Notes: a model not told the origin generated them from the letters alone. A stretch of DNA of 64,000 nucleotides from Chrysomallon squamiferum (GCA_012295275.1 CM022670.1:186001-250000); one strand, 5' to 3'. Numbered from the stretch's first letter, positions 1 through 13,671 are shown. A program made the numbers and translations.

Positions 1-1099
1 AGTGAGAGCAATCTTTGCTAACAATAAAGTAAGACAAAAATGTGACAAGCCTGCAAAGAAATTTAGAGCTGACATTTTCCCTTCTTTCTCATGTATTCAA
101 AACATCACGTCCTGCATAGAAATGTACACAAATCTGACAGATTGATTGCCAAAGATTCATTCAGTCAGATGTAGGTAAACCTGAAAGGTTTGTCTACATA
201 CTAAAAGTATTTCACTCAACAATGCTGTTTTGAATTGCAAAGATATATTTGAGGAATGTTATCAGGCCATCAAATGTGCAGATACAACCCTTTAAAAATG
301 ATAATAAAAACAAAAGTAGATGAACGATATTTCATTTAAATGAATTTTTTACCATCAGCATATTAAATTGTATGGATTAGTTATTGTCTTCTATATTAGC
401 AAATAGAGGGAAAACCTGTTGTATTTAATTTGCAAGGAATTTTTTTTTGTCAAACTAATTTTGAAATGTGATGTGTGGTTTATTATTAGCATACGTGTAC
501 ACATTCACAACTCAAATGACAAATACTGCAGCAAGATATTACTAGATATTTTAAAAGACACTGATGTTTCTTTGAAGAATCATTTTGTGTTTTTATTACA
601 ATAACAGTCAATTTGAAATGGATGATCAAAATGTTATCTGAGTTTTATTGTGGAGATTCTTGTCTGGGTTTATTTTAAGTTTTTTTTTTCTTTCAAGTTT
701 TATTATTTTAGTGTTTTTCTTTTATCTCTTGTTTTCTTGTTTATCTAAAATTTCTACAGCTATTACCTGACAATACAGGAATTGTAAGATACATTTAATG
801 TATTTTACACAATGAGAATTTTATGCATTCCAAAGCTTTTTGAAAATATTTAATTATTAAGTTTATCATTAACATCATCACCATGATCATTATTATTATT
901 TGTTTTAATTTATTTATTTTATCAGTTAGTTGTTTGGATTCTATTTTTCTAACATATCATTTTATTTAATCTTGATATTTTTCCTTTGAGGATAGTACCC
1001 CATTGTACCCCAGTATCCAGTGAGCATTCTGTAACACATAGTTTTTATTATTTATTATTATTATTATTATTTTAATGCTGGTTTCCTGAGTTGTATTTA

Positions 1100-1500
1100 T
1101 AACACTGACAACCGGAGTCGAGAGATCTCACAGTTGAAAACAATTTTAACACCCGCTGGACAAGTCCGATGACAGAATCAGTAAAACATGTTATCACTTT
1201 TCAACCGGAAATTCCTATTACTCAACTTTAATTTCCGGACAATGATGTTTTATCTCCCCATTGAAGTTTTATCTAGCGAGTTTTATGTGTCTGATAGCGA
1301 CTAGTGGGGAAATCCATCATATATTTTCATGTCAGAGGTTAAGCTCTTTGTCAATACAGGAGCAGTGGCGGTGTTTATAGATAAGATCTGAGGTACACTT
1401 AGCTGACGTTCCCATCTTTTGTTTCCTGTGTTGAGGAATAGTGTAGCAGGTTTGTGAGTGGGTGTGGGGGTGGCGAGAGTATATTCGTGGGTGTGGGTAG
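1100..1500. promoter_or_regulatory. CpG-retaining regulatory island with ETS-like and KLF/Sp-like motifs
   Basis: Many CpGs against a CpG-poor background. ACCGGA at 1111, ACCGGAAAT at 1204 and TTCCGG at 1233. GTGGGTGTGGG occurs twice (about 1458 and 1487). Donor-like GTGAGT at 1454. Confidence 0.35.
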
Positions 1501-4500
1501 TTTGCTCTCAAAATGTTTCATTTGGCAGAGCCATTCTGTGTTTGCTTGTGTAAAGATCAGTCTAAACATATCTTGTAATAGCATTCTAGTATGTTTAAAT
1601 ATAATAACAACAACAACAACAATAGCTAATAATAATGACAATGGTAAAGAAAGCAAATAATAATAATGTAGTAGGAAGCTAAGTATAATTTTAAGCTGTG
1701 TGAAAGCAAAGTAAAGTACATTTACATTATATTAGCATGGTACATTGAGCAGAACATGAATACAAACTTAGAACTTAATTGAATGTCATGCATATCTGAA
1801 AAATCTAATGCTAATGGAAGTTTGGGGATTTTTTTCATGGTACACTAACTTGAGAAACATTTTGATTTATATTTTAATACAAGGACAGATCTAGGATTTC
1901 AGAAAGGGGGTAAAAGGATATATTTTATTATTTTAAAAATTATTAGGTCACAAAAAAGGGATATATTGTCTTTTTGTCCATCCTTAGAATAAATAACTAA
2001 CAGTAAATAAACTATAAATAATAAAAATACATTAATACATAAATCAATATAAATAAGAGGGATGGTTGCTTGGTTCCCTCTGTTCTGCATGCTGACTGTA
2101 TTTTCTGATGTAAACTATGGGAACCAGGTTCTGTTTACTCTGTTATTTCACAGGAATGAAATGAAGCTGTGTTCAAAGTGTGTGTATGTGACATTTAAAA
2201 CAAAGTGAACATCACAATTAGACAGAGATCTGAGCAGATTAAAGGCTTTATGTTTCCATGTTCAGTGATGTTTAATGTGTGTGTATTGATGGTAATGTAA
2301 AGCAACCCAGTGAAAACAGACTCTTTGACATTTAATCTCTTTTAATGTGGTTAATGGATGATTATTATTATTTATATTTTTTATTTATTTATTTTATTTT
2401 ATTGTTGTTGTTTTTTTGTTATTATTTTTAATTTTTTAATTTTATTTTTTTCAATTTTTAATTTTTTAATTTAATTTTTTTTTCAATTTTATTTATATTT
2501 ATATGTATATTTTAATAAAACTGGATTGTGCCAAGCTTTTATGCTAAGTTTATTTTTATTTAGTTTGGTAGATAATGAATTTTATTATCTTAAACTAGTT
2601 GGTATTCTTTCAGTAGACAAGAAATTTGTGTACATGCTTACTCATTGGATATATTTTTAAGAACACTCATAATTATATTGTGTGTGGTTGACTTCACTTT
2701 ATGAAGAACCATGAAAATAGTGAAGTTTGGTTATTTTGTAATGCTATTAATATATTGTCACACCTTGTTGTTAGTAAATGTTGTTAAGCATGAACTAATA
2801 AAACAATAATTTAGAAATAACAATGATATTTATGTCATTTGTACAACAGAGGTCAGAGTGTAACTTGAATGACAAAGAGAGTTCCTTTAAAACTCACACA
2901 TATATCAAATAAATAAATAATAAAAAAATAAATAATAAGTAAATAAATGATGATAATAATAATAATAATATATATTTTTTAAAACAAATACAATAATAAA
3001 TATATAAATATATATACACACACATGCACACACATATAAATGAATGAATTAATGATAATAGTAATACTTTTTTTTTTTAATGACAATAATAATAATAATA
3101 ATATTGTAATCTGGAAACTTCAAAGACAGACTTTATTTCTTTTATTGCCTGCACTGACTAACACATAGAGACCAAACAGTCAACTGACCATATTGTTAGT
3201 TCTGAAGAGAGAATTATTATGAATTTCATTTATCTTGTCCCAAACAGTTTGTGTGTGGGAAAGCAAACATGAGTGAGTTTTATTTGTGTCACTGACATAG
3301 TGCAGAGAACATACTGATACAATTTTATCACCATTAACACAGACCTGCTAATGAATGTGCACCAATCTGTAGCCAGTAACCTCCATACTGAAGTCTATTT
3401 ACAGTGGTATGGATATAATATAGACTATTTCCAAGTGACTGTTTTGTTTGATCAACCTTTGTTAACAATAAAGTATGGCACTAATGTAATGTTTGTGAAT
3501 AATGTTGGAGAGTGCCGTCACCTTCCTTTCTTGTGTAAATAAAAAGACAACTCAAACAGAAATATAAAAAAAACCTTTTAAAGTTTCAAATTTAATACAT
3601 ATAATATTTCTTCAGTTATTTATTTCTGCTTTTCTGTCCTGATTACTCATCAGTAAGTTATTGTTACTGATAATATATTTCTTCTCTTTTACTGAGATAC
3701 AACCATGATATCATCGTGTATTGTACTGTCCCAGTTTTGTATTCCTCACATTCAGTTAGCAGTAGAAATAGATTAATATCATATTTCAGTTTGTCTCTTG
3801 AGTTTTCATCTGTCTGAGTGTGGTGCAAATCATGGTAAAATGATTGTTTTCTTTTTGAAAAATATTTTTGTGAGACTGGTATGTTTGTCTACAGAAGGAC
3901 ATAAATAAACTTTTATACTTTTTTGGTTAGTTTTCAGACAGTTAATGGAAAAAAGTAAATAATTAAGAACAACTTTGAATTCCTTTGTGCATTTGCTAAT
4001 TTATTGTTAATGCTTTCAGTGCTACTTTGTGAATAAATATAATACTTTCTAAAACAATAATATATATATATATATATTACACTAATTTATTTGTTAAATT
4101 GTTCTTTTCTTCTTTTTTTTTTAATATTTATTTTTCTGAAAATAGCATATTACTTGTTTAATAAATTTGGTATACAATCTGAGTTACCTCAAGAACATGT
4201 TCTTGGCAATGTTACTTAATCGTACAAATTACGAAATGCGTTAGTCATTTCCACCAAGCAGACCTTATCTTGAAGAGGTGATAGATAAAACCTACCTGAG
4301 TGCCAAAACAACTCCATATCAGTGACTAAACCATCTGAACTATCCCAATTATGACACTCTCCCTGCCAATTGTCTTGTAACCAGGACCACAAATCAGAGT
4401 CTGGCATGTCTTAAATAGGCAAAAAAGACCTTAAATTAACACTTGGCAAGCTGAAGGAAATATGTTAGTTAAAATACATTGAGTCTTGGGTGGTAAAGGA

Positions 4501-5558
4501 AAACACTGATTCCAGTATAAAAGAGTTTTATTTAAAAGATGAGTTCTGTGCACACTTTAAAGCTTGTTACTGCACAGTGCTGCTTGGGCCTTTGGTCCAT
4601 AAAACTAAGATTTTATATAGAATAATAAAAAAAAAATTTTTAATGAGCAAACAACTTGTCATCACAGATATCATTGTCTCAATCATAGTTCCAACCAAGT
4701 CATTTTCATTGCCATTTAAGGTACTGATGCCACAATTTTTTGTGAACATCCATTTGCTTTTATTTCTGTAGATAAAGCAGAACATTACCTTAATGTATAT
4801 TACATAAATTAAATTGTAGTATTATGACATTAATAGATTATTAATTAAATGCTTGTTTACTAAATAATACCATGTGAAAACAATATTTTTCATGATAACA
4901 TAATAAAATTATTATTTTACTACAGTTTACACTGTTGAAATTCTAATACAATATCCTTATTACAGATGTTACGATATTATTTTAAAATGCATTATATTGT
5001 TATGGTATTAACATATTAAAATACATATACATACATATATGTATATTACAAAATATATGTTAATACAGTATTATGTTAGCATATTACAGTATACCATACA
5101 ATATTAACACTTCTATTTTAGCATGTATAACGATATAATACAGTGTTACATATCAGTCCAATGTTAAGTTAACTTGTATTGCACATCTCTCTATAATTAA
5201 AGAACGTTGTGGGCAATGATCAGTACTTCTGCCATTCCCAGGAAAACTATTAAATATTAAAGTGCAGAGCAGTAAGTTAAACTGTGTAAACTTGCTAATC
5301 TTGTTGTGTAACTGTGCATGAGAACCCCGAGAGGTAGGTAAGCAGGTCCGTGGAGTTAGTTGTCTCTATCGATTTTGCATCCATAGTGGGCCAGTGTCGG
5401 CCATTAATTATTTATACCCCATCTGATGAAAATATCTCTGGTTGTTAACAACACAGTGGCAATCTGGGAAAGTTGGAGATGTTATGAAAAATAAATGACC
5501 ATGCAAATCACAATATTAACTTGAAACTGGAGGAGCAGAAGAATCGAGTTGTGTAAGG

Positions 5559-5561
<3 letters not shown>

Positions 5562-5615
<54 letters not shown>
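5562..5615. repeat. (TG)n microsatellite
   Basis: Pure TG run followed by degenerate TATG/TATC repeats. Confidence 0.95.
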
Positions 5616-5616
<1 letters not shown>

Positions 5617-6903
5617 ATATGTGTGTGTATGTATCTGTATGTATCTGTATATATGTGTATGTATGTATCATTGGCTTTAAGCATGTGTATGGTTTTTGTG
5701 CAAATTGCTTATGTGTTGCGTTATAGTTACTAAATTTCCTTTTTGCATATCGAATGTAGCTGATGTGTAAATGTTTCTATTGTTAACATGATATATTAAT
5801 AATGATATTGCAGTGTTTAATTTGAGTATATGATATATAATTAATGAATATAAATGCAACTTTGTACAGTTGGTGATACAGAACAATAGAATTAATTTAA
5901 CAGAACATGTTCTTAATGCTTGGTTTGATACATTTGATACATTTGATATGTCAGAAAAGAAAAGGGATAGTTTTCCAGTATTCATCTCTTTAATAAAACA
6001 GAAATGCTAATTTAATATGCAAAAAAATGCAAGCATTGTGACTTCTAACTTTAAACAGAGAATATTTATTTTCACTTTCAGAGCATGTATAACAAAGCTG
6101 ATTCTAATTTTAAAATCACTTTATCAAATATTTAAACATTTCATTTTAAAACTGAAAGTATTTTTAGAGATCATTCCCATGAAATCTATTTTATTTTTTT
6201 TGGAGTGGATTGTTGTTTTTTGTGTTCTGAGTATTGTATTGTTTCCCTTTCTAACCAGTGGACCATGAGATGTTGGTGAAAAACTGAATGTTACACGTGT
6301 ATATTAAAAAATAGCCTGTACATTTTTCTTTCTAATACCAGATAATCAAATATTTCTTCATTTACTACTGTGAATATTTCTTATTGTTAAAAATATGCCT
6401 TATTCTGTATGCATAGTTAACTGTTAGCAGAGTACTGTGTAAGAATACAAAGGATAGGCTAGATAGATATTATTGTTTTGTAATAACTGGTAGCAGGAAC
6501 TGATCCCTGTTCTTACTGCTCTTAATTTTCAATACTTAACCATTGTACTTGAGAGACTTTTATTATATTGAGATGTAAAGAAGTGTTGTTAATCAGTATT
6601 ATATATTTTTTTCAAAATAGCTAATGAGGATTTGAACTCAGATCCTACCATTTTGAAGAGTAAAGGTTTTCTGACAACATCCATTGAGATATTTTATATT
6701 GGAGAAATTAGAGGAGCTACTTAAACAGTAACATTAAAATGTGTATAATTAGCATTTCTTTTATCTTTAAATGATTACTGAAACAAATTCCAAAATACTT
6801 ATTATCAATTAAATTAATTAACTTTTCTACCTTAGTGATAATGTGAAACATACAGATACTCCACTTTGTGAGAATGAAGTCTTTTCATCACTGATATATT
6901 TAA

Positions 6904-7270
6904 CTTAATCATAACAGATAACAAGGAGTTGCAAATCAAGGTGTATACTGAGGCACCAGTCAAGAAATAATCTTTCTTAATTTGCCTGCTTCAATCAAAC
7001 AAACTTTAACCAGGACCTGATCCCAAAGTCTAAGATATTTTTTTTTCACACTTTGATGACAAAAGTTAACAACCAGGCACAAAGCAAAGAGTACATCAAT
7101 GTTTCATTTAGCAATCATTCTTTTTAAATTCGCCTGATTAGTCAAACAAACTGTAACCAGAATCACTGCTACAACACTAAGGCTTTCTTTATCACAGCTT
7201 AATGACAACAGGTAACAAACAGGTGCAAATCAAAGTGTTCAGCAAGGTGTCATTAACAAGACATTCTCTT
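6904..7270. repeat. Decayed tandem repeat, 147-bp unit, about 2.5 copies
   Basis: TCAAACAAACTKTAACCAG at 6995 and 7142. Unit starts cttaat..taacaa..caaa at 6904, 7051 and 7198. Confidence 0.8.
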
Positions 7271-7349
7271 TCCGTGGAAACAAACTGATAACTTTTCAGT
7301 GAGATATCTTGACTCACATTTTTACTAAAAGGGTTTACACTACTGAACT

Positions 7350-7724
7350 GTAACCCGTCCAATCGGCTACCTTTCTCTCACCTGTCTGACTCAACTCAAC
7401 TCAACCAGTAGCTGATAACTCACAGGTAAAAGCGACAGGTGTGTAGAAAGGAGGTGGCTGTGAACTGCACAGCTGAGGGGAGTGTTGAAATAAGCAGTGC
7501 TCAGAAAGCTTGGCTCTTAGAAACTTGTATTCCTAACTGAATCAGTTCACTGCTGCTGTTTTGTCAGGACGTATTTAAGACCAAATTTTTAAAAATTTTC
7601 TTTCACTTACGAGGATTTAACAAAATTGTTAAGTGAATATTTCCCATTCTTGGAAGTACAGCTATTGTTCAGTTTGGATTATTATCTTCTTTTCTTTTTT
7701 TACGCTGTCTTGTAAATGGTGAGT
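7350..7724 (+). promoter_or_regulatory. Candidate promoter and first exon ending in ATG|GTGAGT
   Basis: CCAAT at about 7359, E-boxes (CACCTG 7379, CAGGTG 7436, CAGCTG 7470) and Inr-like TCAGTT at 7542. ATG 7716-7718 directly abuts a consensus donor GTGAGT at 7719-7724. Confidence 0.45.
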
Positions 7725-8496
7725 AATTTAGCCTCTTTGTGTTTTTTAAAATCTTTTTACTGCCATTGTTGTTTAATTATTTTATTTCCACTCAGGAAGT
7801 GTAATCCTTTTACATGAAATCTCAGAGTTTGTAATATTTAAAAATAAATTTAATATAATGCAGCATTTAATACCAAATAAATTCAGAAATGTTTATTTTA
7901 TTTCATTATCTCTTTTGGATATGGTAGTGTATTGCTTCTTTTTTTTTTTTTTTTTTTTGTCACATGACAGCCATGGCTGAACTATTTATTTCTATATAAA
8001 CTTGTAATTAGTCACTAATTCATTCATTTCTATATATTTCAGTTTAATTTTATATCACTGTTTAATTTTCTTCTGATCACAAGTTAATATTAAAACACAG
8101 GCTTATTTTAATTCACTGCTTTCATGTCATGGATCATAATTTCTGAATTAAAATCAAATAATTTATATCAACTGAAAAAAAATAAAAAATAACAGCAACA
8201 ACAATAATAATATACTAGAATTAAAAAGAAAGATCAGTATTTTTTTTTATTCTATTATACAATTTTTATTATTTTTTTCCTTTTATGGTTTCATGGAAAT
8301 AGCTAGCAATTAATAATAGCACTGCACTTTTTTATTACATAGAAAATAACATTTAATACTGATATTTATACACTATTAAATAAAAACTGATTCATTTGTT
8401 TATTGAATATATATGATATAAACAAAATTTGAGAAATATTTTAATATTTTTATTTGGGGGTAAATAAAGTATGAAAAAAAATTGATTATAATTTGT

Positions 8497-8502
<6 letters not shown>

Positions 8503-8544
<42 letters not shown>
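8503..8544. repeat. (ATT)n microsatellite
   Basis: Direct inspection. Confidence 0.9.
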
Positions 8545-8545
<1 letters not shown>

Positions 8546-10332
8546 TTAATTAGTTCTTAACATTTTTGGACATATTTTTAAAATTTTTATTATTATTATT
8601 ATTGTACATTTTGGTGGGTTTTGTTTTTTAATGAAAATGAATAAAAAAAAATTAAAAATTAAAATCTCGTACAAGATTTATTACAATATCTAAAGTCATG
8701 ATAAATAACTGGTAACATTTTTATTAGGTATAAAATAAAATTTTAAAAATTCTATCTTGATTTCATTATTATTTTGTTAAAAAGAAGAAAAAAAATTAAT
8801 ATTTAAATCAGTTTATTTTAAATCCCTATGTATTTTGAAAATATTTTCTTTTTCACTGTGTTTGCAATTCTTTAACTTTGCTGCTACCACAAGCCATTAC
8901 TTGTTTTTGTTTGGCTACCAGTTACTGTTGATATAAAACATTAGTTTGTCTATCAACCATGTTTCCTTGAAAAACATCAACTTTATCTCTCTCTCAGTTT
9001 TCATCATTCCTCAAACCATGGATGGTTTCAGTTTTATTTTGTTAGTAAACATTGAGAAACTTGCTAAAAAAATAAACAAAAAATAAATTGCTTCATTTCA
9101 GTAAATATTGTTTTTACTCTAAAATGGATAGTTTTGGATTAAAAAGCTATTAAAAAATTGGATGGTGTTAATGTTGAATTTTATCACATGGAGTATGAGA
9201 TTTGAATCAACAATGAAAAAATAGTTTCAGGTAATTAAATTTTAAAATGTGTTAGCTGATGTGAAGTAATAGGTCTGAAGAAATGTAGGCAACATTTGAA
9301 ACTGTTTAGGATAAGTGCATTGATATCAGACAAAATGGATTCAACTGTGTGTGTTTGTGTTTGTGTGTGTGTTTCTGTGAGGTTGGATGCATTTGTGGAT
9401 GGAAAGAAGGAAGGATGAATGGAGGAATGTATATCTTTACTCTGCATAACTGAGCCACAACTTCAAACACACACACATTCACACACACACACACTACAAA
9501 CATACGGATACACAACTGATGCACACACATGTATTACACAGGATATGACATTGCTTATTATACTTTTAAATTGTTAATTTGAAAACACTGTGAGAGAGGA
9601 TTAATGCAGACAAGTGATTCTGTTTCAGTGACAGTGTGTGTATTTTTTACACAGGATATCACATAACTAATCTGTTTCCTCACCCGCACACTCACTGCAG
9701 GTTATTAATGCAAGACCAAGTCTTGTACGACACGCCGCTGTTTTCAAACCTGAGTTTTTCTTTCTCTCGGGTGTCAGTGGGTCAGGCCAGGCAGGATGTC
9801 ATGTCCTCGTTATGATGCGCTGATTAACTTCTGTCCAGCATTTGACATACCTGTCCAGGTATTAAACACTTGAATGCACACCTGTAGATCTTTGCACAAA
9901 GAAGATGTGTAAGCATTTATCTTAACTTTAATAAAAAGGAACGATCACAGAAATGTACACTGATGCTTGGACTGTATTGTAATACTGAATGTAATCTTTA
10001 TAAATATTCACACTGATCACAGCAGTATATTATATTATGTTACTGTCAGATGAGCTCAGATTCTGTAGCACTGGTCCACAACTCTGGACATACATACAGT
10101 TATAATAAATGTTTTAGAAGGGCAAGATTTATTATTAAAGCATGCTTTGCAAAACAAATTTTTTATCTAAAGTGTAAATGAAAATGATAGTGTGAATAAA
10201 ATGATGGAAAAAGAATACTGATGTTTTTAATGTCACTTTTTAAAGCATAATAATGAAATAGATGGAAAGAATTTTGAAGAATAGATAGGTAATAGAAATT
10301 TAATTAGAGAGATATAGGATGTTTCTATATAT

Positions 10333-10333
<1 letters not shown>

Positions 10334-10362
<29 letters not shown>
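10334..10362. repeat. (CA)n microsatellite
   Basis: Direct inspection. Confidence 0.9.
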
Positions 10363-10364
<2 letters not shown>

Positions 10365-11289
10365 TCTTATTCTGTTTTTTTAATTTAAAAAAAAAAAGAA
10401 AAGAGGAAAGTAAAATAAAAAAAAACTCATTGGTATCTCCTTTATCTACATTGGACATCTCACTGTCTACTTCATCTACACTGATAGACATCTCCAGCCA
10501 CTCCCGGTGACATCCGAGCAAGGCCCATAATCTCACCGGTTCAGAGGTCAGAGGATTAAGTTGATTCACTGAGAAGTATCTGTTATGAGTGGATTCTGTT
10601 ACAATTACTATCATTAGATCAGAACAAAACTGGGTTAGACATTGCAGGAAGAATCCGTCTTTATTTCTGCGTTCTGATCAATGGAAAAAGTTTAATGTGT
10701 TAAAATGGATTTTTTCATTAGAATTTTAATTTTTCTTTAAAACGGAATTCAGTAGAATTTATAAAAAGAAGGAAAAAGAAAAGAAACAAAAGAAATTGCT
10801 TGTTTTTAAATATAGTGTTAACAGTACCAACATGAAATTATAATCAAGGCATTTGTTTAGAAATTATTAGATACATATGAATGGATGTAAATTTAAATTG
10901 TTTTTGATTCATTACAATGGAAAAAGGAAATGAATGAAGAGATAATGAGATAATTTATTTTATTGATTAAGAGTGTGATGTCAACAAGAACAGAGAGAGA
11001 GAATGTTTATAGTTATGACACAGTCAGACTTAAAAGAGAGGTGGAGTTGTTCAGATGAAATATTACAAATGTGTAAAACTCCATCAAAACAATAAAAATA
11101 ATTCTTATATTACTCTTTACTTGCTTTATAAAATGCAAGTAATAAAATAATTTGTAAAACAGTATTCCTGTTATGGTGAAAGTACAAGTTATTGCTCTTT
11201 TGTTCTTTTTCAAAGTTTAATTTTAAAAGCTGTGTAATTTATTTCCAGTGTGATTTTAATGACCAGTAATCAGCCACTTTGTGTTTTAT

Positions 11290-11860
11290 TCTGTGGTCGC
11301 GGATTGTAACAAAGCTACAACATTAATGTTTAATTCGTGCATCAGACGCCACTGCCAGGATTATGGCTGCCAAAATATGCAATTAATTTTAATTAAACTC
11401 TCGAGCAGAAAGCCGCATCTCCATCAACCTGCCATGTCGTACAGACTACAACAGCTCTGACGTTCACTACGCTGACAGTATTCCTCTGATGTTCCTGGTA
11501 ATTATTACTAGTTATGGTGGGAGGGTAATAAACACTGCTATTGTTTCTCTTTGCTCATCTTTCACACCCAGAAATACCTGACATCAGTCCAGTTATCATG
11601 ATTATGTTTTCATATTTGATTTATTCCACTCGAGGCTTCTAATATAATTTTCTCTTCACTGTAATTGGCCAGTTATGGCCTCCGGCACCCGCGGGCTTGT
11701 TGACCCTGTGCACACTTGTCCAGCCGACTGGACAATGGTCAGCCAAGTGGCTGGAGACTGGACATTAGACGACACAGCTGTATCTGCCTTATCAAGGCAT
11801 CGGGGAGGCCTGCCTGTCTGTTTGTGTAACTGGAATTACACTTGTGATAAGCAGAGATGT
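11290..11860. promoter_or_regulatory. CpG/GC-elevated non-coding block, possible enhancer or conserved non-coding element
   Basis: Local CpG retention (GGTCGCGG, CCCGCGGG, CATCGGGG) and TAATTA-type homeodomain motifs. No convincing ORF. Confidence 0.3.
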
Positions 11861-11979
11861 TATTGCTGGTGTTTGTATTGATGTTCTGCAGTCAAGCATC
11901 TGAGCTGAAATAAATCATGTCTTGTAATCTGAATTTATCAAATTGTGATTTGTTCTTCTTACACACTCCACAGTCAGGG

Positions 11980-12184
11980 GCTCCGTTTGATGAAATTCAT
12001 GAAGTGGTTGCAAAAATTTGAAAAATAATCTCTTCATACATTTATATAGAATTTGAGTAAATTGTAACAAAGTATTTATGAGTATAGTTTAAAAATGTAG
12101 TGTTTGTGAGTAAATTGCAAAAATGTAGTGTTCATGAGTAAAGTGTTACAATGTAGTGTTCATGAAACACATACCAAATGGAGC
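11980..12184. mobile_element. MITE-like element (about 205 bp) with short terminal inverted repeats and internal tandem subrepeats
   Basis: GCTCCGTTTG (11980-11989) and CAAATGGAGC (12175-12184) form a 9/10 inverted match. Internal repeats read ATGTAGTGTTYRTGAGTAAA. The left end GGGGCTCCGTTT.ATGAA resembles PIF/Harbinger-type termini from memory. No clean target-site duplication seen. Confidence 0.45.
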
Positions 12185-13520
12185 TAGGGGAGAAAAAGTT
12201 GGATTGGGAAATAACACAAAGGATGATGTACTAAGGAAGTTTAATAGGCTTGCATACTAGATAAATATGTCACCATAGCCGTATCATACTTGTTTTGTTC
12301 AACAACAGACTCAAGTAAACATTAATGTGCAGTCTGTTTATATTCTTGAATAAACAGTTTGAAATAACTGTCTGGAATTATACATGTAAAAGTTTAATTA
12401 ATTATTATTATCAGTTACACTATTACAATGAGAACATGTAATTAAAGTTTAGGTGTTGATAACAAAGACTTGACAATTGAGAAAGATTGTGCTTCATTAA
12501 CAACAGCTTATCGCGATGTAATGTTAAAAAAACACCCCAAACAAAGCTGCTGAAGACAGTTGTGTGTGTGTGTGTACAGAGAATCAGCTTTAAAACTGTG
12601 AAATGTCAACATAGATTTTAATTGCAGAAATTGGCAAGAAACACGTATCATTGTGGATTTTTAACAAATTGAAAAATAGTGCAATGCTATAACATTTGTG
12701 AATTTCATCAGATATTACACATCTACTTGCATCTGTTTTTCAACACTGACAAGTACATAACAAATTTCATGAAATGTAGTTTACAACCTGAATGCAATAT
12801 TTGAAGATGCAGTCTCATAATTTGCTCATAAACACTTCATTGCTCCAACACACAGTTTACTCATAAACGCTACATTGTTTCAAAACTCATAATTCTCTCA
12901 TAAACATAATTAAAGTGTGTGTTTTATTGCTCAGTTTGTTTTTGTTCTGTAGATTACGTTTCTTTGCGGTTCATCACTAAATCTCATTAATAGGTTTCCA
13001 GCCACGTGCTTACTGTGTTGGGTGTTGGGCTTGTTTGCTGTCAGGTTCAGAGGTTCAAACCTCTCAGGTTCACACTGAAACCTTTTGTGAGATTAAAAAA
13101 AAAAATTATAGTATTTTTATCCCAACAAAGGATTTGTCTCAGTATGATGTCTATTGTTTTTGACATCATTAATTTCTTTTATCATATATCCGCTTTCCTT
13201 TTATTCGCCTTCTAGTCTTTGGAGTTTATTTAATTTTGTGGTTTCCCAAACAATTGTAATTTCATTAGTTTTCTCTTTTATTTATTTTTTCATCTGTGGT
13301 GTCCAGATACATTTTGTTTGCTTATTTGTTTATTCTTCTTCTTATTTAAATTATATTTATTTTGATGTATTTTTTCTTGTTTACAATTTTTCGTTTTTTC
13401 TTCTTTAAATTTGTTTATTATGTTTTTTATTCTTTCTTTCTGTCTTTATTTTTAATTTCATCTTCACAAAAATTATAACCTTTAAATCTATTTTACAAGC
13501 ATTTTATAAACTGTCAAACT

Positions 13521-13555
13521 ATTATTATTACTACTACAACTACTACTGCTTCTGT

Positions 13556-13593
<38 letters not shown>

Positions 13594-13604
13594 TTATTAT
13601 TATT
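13521..13604. repeat. (ACT)n/(ATT)n compound microsatellite
   Basis: Direct inspection. Confidence 0.9.
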
Positions 13605-13671
13605 AAAAATATATAAATTTGTCAAATTTGTCATTCATAGTACAACGTGCTGGTTACATCTGCTTTCTTTC

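Noticed and set aside
4191-4204. Perfect palindrome AAGAACATGTTCTT (shorter copy at about 5902), resembling a steroid response element or p53 half-site
   Set aside because: It lacks the 3-nt spacer of a GRE and a second p53 half-site, and is plausible by chance.
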